A stretch of DNA of 64,000 nt from Adineta vaga (lineage: Eukaryota; Animalia; Rotifera), in NCBI GenBank assembly GCA_021613535.1, contig CP075492.1, forward strand, positions 13,454,001 through 13,518,000, given 5' to 3'. The notes under the pieces were generated by a model that saw nothing but the letters and a program-made list of their open reading frames with translations, searched no databases and was not told where the DNA came from. Positions within the stretch are counted from its first letter, which is position 1, and each line of letters begins with the position of its first letter. A program made the translations under genes and the position numbers. This document shows, piece by piece, positions 49,222 to 62,804 of this stretch.

Positions 49222-51510
49222 TTAGAGTTCGGAACGACGTGAGCGAGTTTGAGTAATATTCAAACCACTATCAGTTCTTCTATTGATTTCATCAATAATT
49301 CCTGAAACAATTTCTTTAAAGTGACTTTTTTGTTGTATGAGTTCATTGACTGATGCAAATGGATGTGATTCAATCCATTCAATTTGTTTTTCGATTTGAA
49401 TTTCAATTGTTGCTCTTTCTTGTAAATCTAATCGTCCAAATTGTGTATTTCGATCAGCTAATTCATTTCGCAATGAATAAACTTCCCTTCAAATAATAAA
49501 TAGAAACTTTTGATCGATAAATACAATATGCAAACTTACGATTCGAGATCATTCTTAGCATTCACTCGATCTCTTACTATTTTATCTTGTTCGGAAAATT
49601 TTTCTGCTTGTTTAACCATTCGATCGATTTCTTTAGTTGTTAAACGATTCGTTTTCGAATCGATGATAATATTCTTCTTACTGCCTTGCGTTTTCTCCTC
49701 TGCTGTAACCTATAAATGAATAATTAGAATTTTGATTTTATATATTAGAGATACATCACATTGAGAATTCCATTGACATCAATATCAAAAGTCACAAAAA
49801 TTTCAGGCACACCACGTGGTGCTGATGGAATACCAGTTAAATCGAATTGACCTAGGAAATGATTATCTGTAGTATTTGGTCGTTCACCTTCGAAAATTTG
49901 AATAGCAACGACAGTTTGATCATCAGTAGTGGTCGAAAACATTTGTTTTTCTGTAATTGGAATTTGACTATTTCGTGGAATAATTGTTGACATGACTTTA
50001 CCAACGGTTTCAATACCTAATGATAATGGATTGATATCTAATACAACAATATCAGGTGTACATTCTTCACCACCCAAAATAGCTGCTTGAATGGCTGCAC
50101 CATTAGCTATAAATGAAAAAGATGAGAAATTCAACTGATCTAATTATAATTCTTACCAACAGCTTCATCAGGATTCACTCCACGTCCTGGTTTTTTCCCA
50201 AAGAATTGAGTAAGTATATCTTGAATCTTAGGAATTCTTGTTGATCCACCAACAAGAATAACTTCAGCTATATTTGATTTATCTACTTTCCCATCTTTTA
50301 ATACAATTTCAACAGGCTTAAGTGTTGAACGAAATAAATCTATATTGAGCTCTTCAAATTTAGCACGTGTTAATATTTCACTAAAATCTTCATTGGGAAG
50401 AAATGATTCAATTTCAATTTTTGTTTGATGTTCTGATGATAAGATTCGTTTTGCTCGTTCAACTTCACGACGAAGTTTTTGTATTGCACGAGGATTTTTT
50501 CCTGCATCCTTACCAGTTTTCTTTTTAAATAATTGAAGAAAATAACTCATCACTCGTTGATCAAAATCTTCACCACCTATAGAGAAGAAAATTCGCATTG
50601 ATTTTATACAAAGATAAGAAACAAATGGCGAACCTAAATGCGTATCACCATTGGTAGCTAAGACTTCGAATGCTCCATTATCAAGTGTTAAAAGTGAAAC
50701 ATCAAATGTTCCACCACCCAAATCATAGACTAGAACATTTTGTGCTCCTTCTTTAGAATTTAATTTATTTAAACCGAATGCAATAGCTGCCGCTGTTGGC
50801 TCATTGATAATTCGAATTACATTCAAACCAGCAATAGTACCAGCATCTTTTGTTGCTTTTCGTTGAGCATCATTAAAATACGCGGGTACAGTAATGACCG
50901 CATGTTTTACTTCTTCACCGAGATATTCTTCCTACAAGGAGAACAATTATCAATTATATGTATAGTCAATCATTTGAAAAACTTACAGCAATGACACGCA
51001 TTTTACTAAGAATCATTGCTGAGATTTCTTCTGGAGTAAAAAGTTTATCTCCATAATCCGTGCTAACTTTTATAATTGGTCGATTATTTTTGTCAATAAC
51101 TGTAAATGGAAAATGTTTAATATCTTGTTGGACAGTTGGATCATCAAATTTACGACCAATTAATCGTTTAACTTGAAATATTGTATCTAAAAGAATAAGT
51201 TTATTATGATGAGATGCAAAATAAATCATGGTATTGTACTTCGAGGATTTGTTGTGAGAAGATTTTTAGCAGCATCACCAACTAGTCGTTCATTATTAGG
51301 AGTAAATCCAACATAGGATGGTGTAATTCGATGACCTTGATCATTATCAATGATTTCAACATGACAATTTTTAAAAACTGCAACACATGAATACGTCGTC
51401 CCAAGATCGATACCAATCACTGTACCAAATTGTCTTACTTCCTCGGTAAAACCAATATTGAAGATGAAAGTAAGAACACGAAATATACATAATAAACTGA
51501 CTGTTTGCAT
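49222..51510 (-). CDS. ER-type HSP70 (BiP/GRP78-like), divergent paralog, multi-exon
   Basis: Signal peptide; [34 protein letters not shown] and VGGSTRIPK motifs; C-terminal RSEL. Confidence 0.92.
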
Positions 51511-52474
51511 AGTATCTCTACACGAAAGAAAAGAAGATGAAAACTGGTTATTATATAATATATGCTTTAAATATGGTTACTAACCAAATATTTCAGAAAC
51601 TCGCAATAAAAATAATGAGTAGACGATTCAAAAACTAAGCAAAAAGTTTGTATGTCGACAACCTTAAAAAATAAAGAAAGAAAGAGAAAAGGGAAAAGAA
51701 GTTTTTCAAAATTTTGTCAATATTTGTCTTCTATAACGTGACCGATTCAAGTATAACATCCTATTAATCATTTTTATAGCGATACAGGGAATACTTCGAT
51801 CTATCAATGCAATAAATATTTATATAGTCCTGCGCAATTTTTCTTTTTTTCGTTTTTCCTTTCACAGCGTATGCACCTTATCTTCTCATTTTGTGACACA
51901 ATAACTCATAAACTGTACATTAGAGAAAAATGATTCAAACACGAAACGAAAATATCGAGACTCAACTGAGAGCATTTGGTTCGTATAAAAGATGTCCAGA
52001 AAAAGACGAATTTGACTGTCAAGTTTGTAAGATAATTACAAGTATGCTGTCGATAAGCAAAGTTAGTCACAAATTTTATTCATCAAATATTTTACATCTA
52101 AAAGAACATCTAATGTTGCATGATTAGACTTATCAAAATTCATTCCTTTTTAACAATCAACGTTCTTCATCTCAACGACATCATTCGAAATCTGCTTATC
52201 ACATCGCATTGTGTAGTCGAGTGAAGTTCGAATACAATCTAGTTTTCTAATGAATGATACTCATTTCTTTGTAATTCCAATGCATAAGCTTCATAGATTT
52301 CGTTTCTTTTCATTATTATGAGAGATAACATTTTATCTGTAGTCTTATCGTTAACATAAATCAAATGAAAACAAATGTAACTTTCTATTGTATCAAAGTT
52401 TACAAATAGTAAAACGGAAAATCAGAAACATGGTTCTTATTATGGTTGTGAAAAATTGTGTCTGACAAAGGAAA

Positions 52475-53112
52475 TCATATCGACGTTGATTGTAACATGC
52501 CATAAGATCTTTTTGATTCTCTCTGTTTTCTTCCATATTGTTCTTCATCTTGGTAACTTGTTCGAAGTTTTAAAAGTGATGTTCCAATAATAAAAAATAC
52601 CAAAAAAGCAAATATATAACCAAAAACTGTGAGTATTGTTGGTTCATGCCAATGCCAAGTCCATGATCCAATTAAAGGATAACTACGATATTGATAACAT
52701 GGAAAACTTTGATCGATCTAATTATAGAGAAATATATTTGTCTGAATAAAAAACTGGCAAATTCTATTACTTTTTTCTGTCGTGAAACTCTCAAAGCTTC
52801 CCATGTTGAACTATAAGAATTCGATGCTGTTATCACACCATCCATTATTAATTCTATTCCACTTGTTCGATCAGTCAGTGTTATTTTCCAAGATGGTCGC
52901 CAGTAACTTCCACCCGAAGTACTAACAACATCATTAGATTTAACTTGGCACATTTGTTCCACATACGAAATCGATTGCCATAATTGTAAAGTTCCACATA
53001 GAAATATAAATGCTGATAAAGTATATGCTATTGTAATAATACCGATGTAACATGTTGCAGCCGTTCGAGAACCATTTTTGGTTAAAAATTGTTCGAATCC
53101 TAATTGTGACAT
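52475..53112 (-). CDS. Uncharacterised two-TM protein with Cys-containing loop; exons 53112-52770, 52717-52475
   Basis: TM1, EQMCQV, FPCYQY, then TM2; canonical 52-nt intron. Confidence 0.7.
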
Positions 53113-53370
53113 ATACAATTTTTTTACTCTTCGATATTGATAACAACTGAATAGATTAATATGTGATTTTGCCTTTACACGAAGGTGAGACCTGACTTTA
53201 TATGCATATCCGATCAATACGAAAGAAAAAAAAATTGTATAAAGAAAAAAGAATGGTCATGAACGAATGACGATGAAGTACGAAACAGAGTTAAAAGAAA
53301 AATAAGTTCGATTATACGCACGTGGTGTCTTTGTAAATTTAATTATCTAGATTTTTTTTCTTCTGTATGA

Positions 53371-54887
53371 TCAAAAAAAGGATACATGAGAAAATTTCTG
53401 AACAATAGTTGAAACATAACAATTTGGATAGAGAGGGAAAAAGTGATTATCATCGTCTATATTATTTAATGGTCCATTAATTGATGATGATGTTTGTAAT
53501 AAAGTTAAAAAGAGAAATGATAGTAAATATAATAATAGATAGGTTTGATAATGTTCTTCAAATATAACGACATGAAAATCATAGAGAACCCAAAAACCAC
53601 GCCATAGAAAGAGACATGAAAGAAAAGCAAAGAAATGACGAATATTTCGATAAAGTTGAGGAAAATTAATTGAAACAAATACCCAAAAATCGAATTTTAA
53701 ATTTAAATATTCGAGATAATGTTGAAAATACATTAATGGATAATAAAGAATGTAACCCATTAATAGACAGATCCATGCTGATCTATTCAAATCATTTGGA
53801 TATAAATATTTATCAAGAACATTATAAAATCCACGCCAAACAACGATTGCAATATTCGAAATAATAATCTCATAGACAACATAATTGATCAAATTTATTT
53901 TCCATTGTGACATCTTGAAATAGAAAAAAAAATATGAAATCTGTTCAATCGAAATCTTCATTTTAGAAGAGAAACACCTACTTGTCGTGTGAGTAGAGGA
54001 CAACCAAAATGTAAACAATATTCAATAGAATCATAACTGACAAGAAATGGTGCATAAACTAGATCAGATAATTGTCCAATGAATACAATCAAGGCAAAAA
54101 GACCTGTGAATGATAGAACTAATTCAAAATACCATTCATTTGGACAATGTTGATCCCATACTACCCATAACATCACCCATTGAACAACATAAGTTGAAGC
54201 TAATAGAAAAATATGACATTTTAAAAGAATTAATCTAACGATCAATTTTTGTTGTTTGAGAAAATTGTAAAAGAAATCTTGACCAAGATATAATGTAAGT
54301 AAAAGTAATTGTGCAATTATATATGAAACAATTAGTGAAAGTAATGAATAGCCATGAAAATCTTCATTTGATGGAACGTTAGATGAATAACCATTGAGTA
54401 CATTTAATAGAATTAAGACAAGATTCCAGCCACATTCCCAAAAGAGAGCAACAATGGGAAGAAGAAGTATAGAAGCAAAAATAGGTTCAATAAAAAATAA
54501 TATTCGACGACGGCGTCGAATATGTTCTGTTTGAATGGTAAATCGATTGATCAATTCTTCACGTGTACTTTCTTCAATGTCGTCTTCTCCGAGTGTATCG
54601 TAATCTTCAGAAATAACAGATAATCGACGTTGAATAATTTGCTGTTCTTCAGAATTGAGAATAGGCCTTAGAACCAGTTGTCGTTTAAAATCAGCACCTG
54701 CAGGTGGAACCCGTTCTTGACTTCGGTATTCGTCAGTATTTGGTGTATAGATTTGTGAAACTGTTGATAATTGATGTTGAACATGGCCAGAAGCACTCAA
54801 GCGTCGAGTCATTACATGTTCATCATCGACTGGTAAAATAGGTAATGTCATCGTTTGACGACGAGTACCCAATCGTAGTCTGCTCAT
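53371..54887 (-). CDS. Fuseless-like multi-pass membrane protein; intron 53914-53981
   Basis: Repeated V..W.G.W.L.D-type motifs (LFWECGWNL, VWRGFYNVLD, LWRGFWVLYD). Confidence 0.75.
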
Positions 54888-55065
54888 TTTCTTTAGACTA
54901 CTGATGCATCCATAGATTCAACTTGTATCTTTCTTATCAATAATATTCGACACCTCGTGTTTATATCTCTCTTTTTCTCTTATCACTTGTTTCATTGTGT
55001 TATTCTTCATTTTTATTAAGAATAAAATTTTATTTTTTGCAAAAAAAAGAATTCCAATGAAGGTT

Positions 55066-55974
55066 TCATCGTGCTACTATCGGCCTGATCGTATCTCGTC
55101 GATATTTGAACATCTTCTGTATTGATATTTTTAGTGTGTCATTAAATTGAAATAATGAAATCATTGCCAATGCTAATGAAAAATCAATAAATCCATACGA
55201 TATACGAAAGTGATATTTTGGTGGTTCGATAAAAAAAGACATAAATACAAATAATGCGTAAGGAAAGCCAGCTGTAAATAAAATCATAACAAGTATGGCA
55301 ATATGTCGAACCATTTTTAATTCTCGTTGTGCACGATTTAGAGCGTTTGTGGGTGTGGTACGTTTCGTCATTTCTTTAACATATCGAATTAAAAGAAAAT
55401 AAATAAATACGATCGATGATACAGGAATAATATAGAGACAGTGTGCCGTATAAATAATCGAGACAGAAAATCGAAGAGGTATTTGACATATTTGATTATC
55501 AATATTATACAAAATTTCACCATTGAATAAAAACATCAGAGGAAACCCAAAAGCAAATATCCATGATAAACTAATGAAACATAATTGTGCTCGAAATGAT
55601 CGTAAGCATAGTCGATTTGGATGAACAAGAAGAAGATAGCGATAAATCGATTGAAGTAAATAAGAACAATTTTGTAATGCGCATGAACTAAAACTTAAGT
55701 ATCCTCGAAGAACACAAAGAGAATCTTCATATTCAATTTGTTGAAGATCATTTTGGAATGTAAATTTACTCATCCAAAGTGCATTACTAGCCAAAAAGAG
55801 TTCAGCTAAACATGAATTTGCGACTAACACCATTGGAATTGTATGACATGCTTTACAGAAAATAATTACAAATAAAAAGAATATTGCAGATAGAATTACT
55901 AAACTAGTACATAGAATTGCTAAAATATCAATCAGAAGAAACCATGATTCAACGATAACTATTGTTGAATTCAT
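55066..55974 (-). CDS. Rhodopsin-class GPCR, single exon
   Basis: Seven TM segments, N-terminal NST, LC..RGY, SIYRY (DRY-like) and GFPY in TM6. Confidence 0.85.
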   Translation of the reverse strand: MNSTIVIVESWFLLIDILAILCTSLVILSAIFFLFVIIFCKACHTIPMVLVANSCLAELFLASNALWMSKFTFQNDLQQIEYEDSLCVLRGYLSFSSCALQNCSYLLQSIYRYLLLVHPNRLCLRSFRAQLCFISLSWIFAFGFPLMFLFNGEILYNIDNQICQIPLRFSVSIIYTAHCLYIIPVSSIVFIYFLLIRYVKEMTKRTTPTNALNRAQRELKMVRHIAILVMILFTAGFPYALFVFMSFFIEPPKYHFRISYGFIDFSLALAMISLFQFNDTLKISIQKMFKYRRDTIRPIVAR

Positions 55975-56313
55975 ACTTAATGGGGAAAAAAGACAGAAAT
56001 GTGTACTGAAATGTCAAAAATCCTTCATTATATCAACATGTTATTTCTATACTTAAAAGTTATATATAAAATAAATATAGAATCCTTTATCTTCCTTCTT
56101 TTTTAAACGAATATTAATTAATAACGGATGGTTCTTTTTTCCTCATATAAGCCGAAGGATATTGTAAATTAAAAGACGATAAATCTTTCTTTTGTTCGCT
56201 TTCGTTCTTCATATTTTTATTTTTAAATTAAGAGATTATTTTAAGCCAGTGCAATACATTTTTTTAAATATAATATAAACATTAAAGTGTTCGACTTTTT
56301 ATGAAAACAAGAT

Positions 56314-59300
56314 CTATGAGGAATTTTTTAGATCGATATCAGGCAATGTACGTTTTAGTTCTTGAAGATTGAATGCTTTATCATCATCTTGAAGAGCAGG
56401 AGGCGGAAATGGATGAAGTAGATTAATTAGATAACGACCTCTCTGTAATTTTATGATTGACATTGCGATAAAATGCGAACTAGTATTTTCTTCTCTCATA
56501 AATACACTAGTATTTGCTATAGTTGCTGAAATATTATTTCTGTGCATACGTACACCACTTCTCTTCCCGTTGAATTGAGCGAAATATCCGTAACATTCAG
56601 GAAAATACTTGTATAGATTTCTACCGATAATATCACTTTCATTGGCATCAGATAGTAATTCGGGTTTGAGATGCCAACGTGGATTTTGAAGTGTTTCGAT
56701 CATAGCATTGTATACATTTTCAACAATATTGAGAATCTTATTATTCAATAAATGCGTTGTACTGTACGCTGCACGACAAGGTCGACATATATTGCCTTTA
56801 TTGCAAACCGTATGACATATATTACACTTACGTGTAGTTAAATCAATGGTATCTACTCCTATTTTGTTCCACCGATCATAGACAGTAACAGAATAAAATA
56901 GATCACTTTGTTCGTTCGTGATACTGGATACAATTCGCTGCTGAATATATTTCTTTTCTTCATTTGTATTGCCTATTTGAAATATGGAAGCAGGTGCTGT
57001 CAAAATAGCAACAATGGTTGCTGCTAAGTTAAGAATAGGACTATGTTCTAAATACGCATCAATTAAGAAAGCACTGTAACGCGGTTCGACGTTGAGTTTA
57101 ATGGAAATTTCACCTCGACGAGTAATATCATCATCTATATCGGTGCACGATAGATCTTTTAAAATCTTCAAAGATTCTTGAAGAACAATTTGTTTAGGTG
57201 AATCTATAAATGGAAATTCTAATGGTTTGTATTCTAGATTGATCAATTGAAGAACGACGAGATCGAGTGATGATCGTAGAATCGCTGGTTCAATGTTTTC
57301 ACGGACCAATTCATCGTATTCATACAGACGAATACAAAGACCATTTGCAGTTCGACCTGCTCTACCTTTACGTTGATCAGCAGATGCTTTAGAAATAGAT
57401 TTTGTTTCTATTGTTCTGAGACGAAGTTTAGTATCGAAATACGATTCTTTAGCTAAGCCGGAATCGATGATAAGTCGAGTATTTTTAATGGTCAACGATG
57501 TTTCAGCAATATTTGTACAAAACACTACCAATCGACGTTCTTCATTAGGACCTTCATCAAATTGAAGCACTCGGTCTTGTTCTTCTGGTGCGAGTGCACT
57601 GTACAATGGTAAGGCAACACAATTGACAGGTATTTTTGCTTTAAAAAGTGTGATAGCTTGTTCAATCTCACTTTGTCCTGGAAGAAATACTAATGTTGTT
57701 CCTTGGTGTTGATTGTAATAATCCAGTAATATAGAAACAACCCGTTCTATTCTATATCGAATCTCTGTGGGAATATATTTAACATCAACGTTGAAAACTC
57801 GACCTTCAACAAGCAGCGGTTCAGTATTAAATAACTCGAAAAAATCCAAGAATTTCTTTGCATCGATCGTTGCTGAGGAGATAACAACGTAGAAGTTCGT
57901 TGGACGTATTTTTAATAACAATTTAGCAATACCCATTAGGATATCCGTATTCAAGGATCGCTCGTGAGCTTCATCGATCATCAACACACGGATATGTTTT
58001 AATTGATTATCCTCTGTACTTTCTTGAACTAATGCACCATCAGTCATGAAAAGAATATCAGTTCCTGGAACTCGATTTTCCCCATCAGTAGCACTAGTTA
58101 TACCCACACGATAGCCAACGGATCGACCTACTGATATGCCATCATATTCTTGAGCAACACGACGAGCAAGAGAAATAGCAGCAGCTACTCGCGGTTGAGT
58201 ACAGACGACTAGACCACCAAAATACTCGGCTGCATATTGAGGTAGTTGAGTACTTTTACCACTTCCTGTTTCGGCGACTACTACAAGAACACGTTCCTTT
58301 TCTAAACGGTGACAGAATTCGTCTTTGGCTGTAAGAATAGGTAGTTGATCTTGCTGTCGTCCATGATTTCGTTCCTCTAAACTTCTTAATACTCGTGTCG
58401 ATGGTTTCACTTGATCTGAAGCTCCTTCATTTACAGGTAAAGTACGATCAAGAGGATGAGTAGCATGACAACACAATGGATTCTTGCATTCGACACCTTC
58501 TTCACATGGATCCCAATCAGCAGGATGTAAGAATTCGCAATAGAAATTTCCACATGTCATATCAGAACTACACCGAGCTGGTCGACCTTCAGGATGATTA
58601 CCTTCACAGGAGAGATTTTTGCATTCTTTACCAAGTGAACAAACATTTCGATCCGACGGATGCACTTTTTGGCAGAGACTGTCAGAGCATTTTTGACCGT
58701 CGAAACAATCATTTAGACGTCTTTTTGAATGCCAATTTGGACATTGCCAAACACGGCATTGATCGCCCACGGAACATTTTTCTATACCTGGTGAAGGGTG
58801 GAGAGAATTGCAGGAAAAATTATTCTGTTTGGTGCATTGAGATCCATTTTTACACGGTTTTGTTCGACCGAAAGGATGATTCGCTTCGCAATAGAATTCA
58901 TTACAACTAACACCATCCTCACATGCGCTCCAACCTGGTGGATGTTTATAACTACATTTAGGATAGAAACATCCACCTTCATTTCGACATTCAATTTCTG
59001 TTGTAGTAGGTTGAAAATTTTCATCATCGTTGTCACTTTCATCCCCCGGAGCACGAGGCAAGGCACCTAGAAAATATGAACACGCTAACTATGATACGTC
59101 TAGTTTCAGTAGCTCTATACTGTGAATATGAATACTTTTCATCGAAATAACGATAGCTAAGTTAAATATTACTTACGCGGTAACTTAATAGTTTGTTGTT
59201 GACGATTATCTGCTACGACTTTGCATTTAATCATCGAAGAATGAATTCGAGTTCGATCCCAAAACTGAGCCGATCTCCTTGCATCCTCTTCATTTGTAAA

Positions 59301-59447
59301 GCCATTGACTCTCGCATACTTGGTAGGACCTGTTTGATTCAATGGAATATTAATTCTGTCTACAGGGACACCCAATTTTGTGGCCAGTTCCTCTCTTGTA
59401 GTTTTATTTGACAAGCAAGTAATTTTTACGCAATGTGATGAATCCAT
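56314..59447 (-). CDS. DEAH-box RNA helicase with N-terminal RRM and eight CCCH zinc fingers; exons 59447-59177, 59066-56314
   Basis: GSGKST, DEAH, SAT, TNIAETSLT and QRKGRAGR motifs plus an HA2-like region. The RRM-like exon joins in frame (C|GT). Confidence 0.9.
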
Positions 59448-60160
59448 TACTTTAGTTTTTGGATTTTTATCAAATAATTGTTTTATTAATAAGTAGATGA
59501 CAGAAAGATTGTATGTTTTTGCAGACGTGATGAGTGAGAGAGAATCGGATTGTTAATAAGAATTATGCAGTTCTTGCTAGTATGTTTTTAATCTCAAACT
59601 ATCAAGAGCTTTTATATTCTTTTTTTCACGTAGCGATGGATTTCTCCAATAAAACGAAATATTATTGAATTCTGTTTCTTGTAGTGGTAACGAACTCTAT
59701 TTGTTGTCGTATGTAAACACTTGTAGTTAAAGAAAAAGTGACGCTTCTATAAATGTGGGTTTTTTCCGGATATTAAAATAGAAAGAAAAGAAAATTCCTA
59801 TGAATATATCGTTGGTTTGATGAGTGGTTTATTGTATTATTCTGTGCGTTACTATGAGCTCTTTCCGAAATGAAAGAAAAAAAAATAAAGGAATATACAT
59901 TTTAAGAATTCTGTTATTCAAGCTTTTACAAGTGTGTTTTTCTTGTCACGTATTGCATTGAAAGAAAAGAAAAATCCAACTAGCTATATTTCGTTACTTC
60001 ATTGCAGAACTTTAACTTGTAATACAACGACGACTTCTTTTATGTATCCATAAGAATGCATTATGTAAAAACGAAAGTTTAAATTTTATATGCGAGTATA
60101 AAATACAAAAATTCATTCGATATATACTATTTGATAGTTTGTAAATAGAATATCTATGAA

Positions 60161-61096
60161 TCAAACGTCAGGATATGTTAACATCCATCCACCATCGACA
60201 AAGAATGATGCACCTGTACAATAACTAGCATCATCTGAACACAAAAATAATACCATATTAGCAATATCTTCGGGTAATCCTGCTCTTTTTATTGGAATTT
60301 GCCTCTCTTTTTCTTTTCGTGTTTTTGCATCATCTACTGATTCTTGATTCATCGGTGTTAAAATCATTCCTGGTGCAACATCATTAACACGAATACCATA
60401 TTGAGCTAATTCTAAAGCCATAACTCGAGTTAAATTTCGTAGGCCACCTTTTGATACAGTATCTAAAAAGTAACATAAACTATTTTTTAAATATATCTTT
60501 AGAGTTATAGACTTACATGCACCTTGCTCAGCTGTAGCTGCTTCTTCATGTACACTGGATATATTAATAATATTTCCACTTCGTTTTCCTCGATTTTCTG
60601 TCTTTTCCTTTCCGTCTGATTCAATCTGTTTAATGAATTGTTTTGCTGCTAATTTCGAGCATAAAAATGGTCCATGTAAATTTGTTCGAATAACTTTTTC
60701 CCATTCTTTGAAATCACTTTCATGCACCGGTTTACCTGTACCACCCATACCTATACAGAATCTATCAATGGTTATTTACTATTGAACAGATTCCTCATCT
60801 AACTTACCAGCATTATTAACAAGAATATCAAGTCGTTTGAATTCGGATAATGTTTTATCAAATAATTTTTCTACTTGTGATTCCTCGCCAACATCAATTT
60901 GTAGAACTAATGCTTTTCTACCAGCTTCTTCAACCTGCTTAGCAGTTTCTTTTGCACCATCTTCATCTGATCGATAGGTGATAACCACATCAGCACCAGC
61001 TCTAGCGAAAGTAATGGCTATACCTTGACCAATACCACTATCCGCACCGGTAATAATAGCAACACGATCTTTTAGTTTTTGATTAGTTGTCGTCAT
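60161..61096 (-). CDS. Classical SDR, glucose 1-dehydrogenase-like; introns 60751-60807, 60463-60516
   Basis: TGADSGIG, NNAG, SSVHE, YTVSK (split by an intron), PGMILTPMN and VDGG motifs. Confidence 0.9.
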
Positions 61097-61477
61097 TATA
61101 CTACTGTATATAATATAAGATGTGTAGTAAATGATAAGAGAACAACCAAAATTCTGTAGAAAAACAAAAAGAAATGTACTCTCTGACGTGACGTAAACTA
61201 TATGCATCTCATCTCATCTCAACATTGATCTATTATCATTCGTTAGTCACATTGCACATCAAATGCACAAAAATATAATTTTTTATAATTTCAAATCATA
61301 TCGAAAGTAGATGCTCTCATTTTCAATTATTTTAATAATTAAAATTAATGATTATAGATGCCTCTAGTTTCTATTGTAATGTCAGATCATAGGATGAGTA
61401 TTTTATAGTGTAAGAAAAAACTGAATCAATGACAAAAAGAAAAGGACGTTAGTTTTCTATATGATGTTGATCGATGA

Positions 61478-61916
61478 TTACGACGGCTAGAAAGAAAATG
61501 AAATATAGAAATAGTTAGCTGGTTTTTTTTTCTTAAAATATATTTACTCTAAAATTCATAATCACATGAACTTCTCCATGAACCGATAAACCAAAATGCG
61601 CAGGTAGTTTTACCCATTCATCAAATTTACCATCATCAAATACATGTTTTAATTTAACTTTACCATTTCCAATTGAATCTTTTCCAGCAACATCTGAATC
61701 ATAAACATCAAAATGAATCGTATCATCACCTGAATGAATATTAAATGTGAACCGTTCGTTCCAAACTGGATCATTCGAATTTTGAATTGTTGTTGTACGT
61801 TGTTTATATTTTTTATCCGTATAAATTTCTATAAAAGGATCACTTTGTCCAATAGCATCTTTATCTTTTAAACGACGACCTTCAACAATAATTACTTCGA
61901 GTACACCGTTAGGCAT
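61478..61916 (-). CDS. Single C2 domain protein; intron 61487-61547
   Basis: LKDKD..GQSDPF, PVWNERF and VYDSD..GKDSIG motifs carry the Ca2+-ligand Asp pattern. Confidence 0.9.
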
Positions 61917-62206
61917 TTGTTTTGTCGATGAAGAAAAAAAAATCGAATGGTGTATTCAATAATAGTTTATACCTTGATATATATATACTACCTTTTAATC
62001 GTTGTATAAAACGAGAGAGAAACACAAAACGATTCACATGTTTTATTTCTATTCTTTATTTCTCCTCTAAGGACATACACAATAATACATCAAAATATAA
62101 GTATGTTTGTTTTTCATTACAAGACATTTGTATTAAGAAAATGGACACAATCATACACACATCATAGTTACATTTATTCATCCTTCTTTTCATAAGAAAT
62201 TTTAAG

Positions 62207-62804
62207 TTATTGACGACGACGATTAACGCCAGGCAATGGTAACCATTCGTTATTTTGTGGTACATAAGATTGTCCAATATAAGCTTGATTACTGTAAGGA
62301 TATTGACCACCTAAACCTGATGAACTATATTGTCCAGTACCATAAGCATTAAATGCATTTGGATAAGCATAACTTGGTGCATTATAGCCAAATTCTAAAT
62401 GAAAAAAGTTACTTTTAAACAAGAAGACAACCTATTTATCACATACGATAATCATATGGATATTGTGGAGGTCCAGGTACAAACCAATTATTACCAATTG
62501 GTTGTAAATTGCTTCCTACAAAGAAATTTTGTTAATGTATAAATACAAAAAAAAGATAAGGATAACCTAAACCGAATAGACCCAGATTATAACGTATGTT
62601 CGAATAACCACCAATTCCAGATCCATAATAAGCACTTGATCGTACATCTTGCCGCCGTTTTCGATATGATTTACTCTCAATAACTGAAATAAGTATCAAG
62701 TTTTTTTAATTTTAACATCAAACAAAAATCTTAATCAATTTTAATAACTTACCCACAACAGAAATTATCAGTAGAAATACAATCACCTTGAATAAAGACA
62801 TCAT
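62207..62804 (-). CDS. Small secreted Tyr/Gly/Asn-rich protein with RKRR cleavage site, 4 exons
   Basis: Signal peptide MMSLFKVIVFLLIISVV, then YRKRRQ and a Y/G/P/N-rich body; three short GT-AG introns. Confidence 0.72.
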
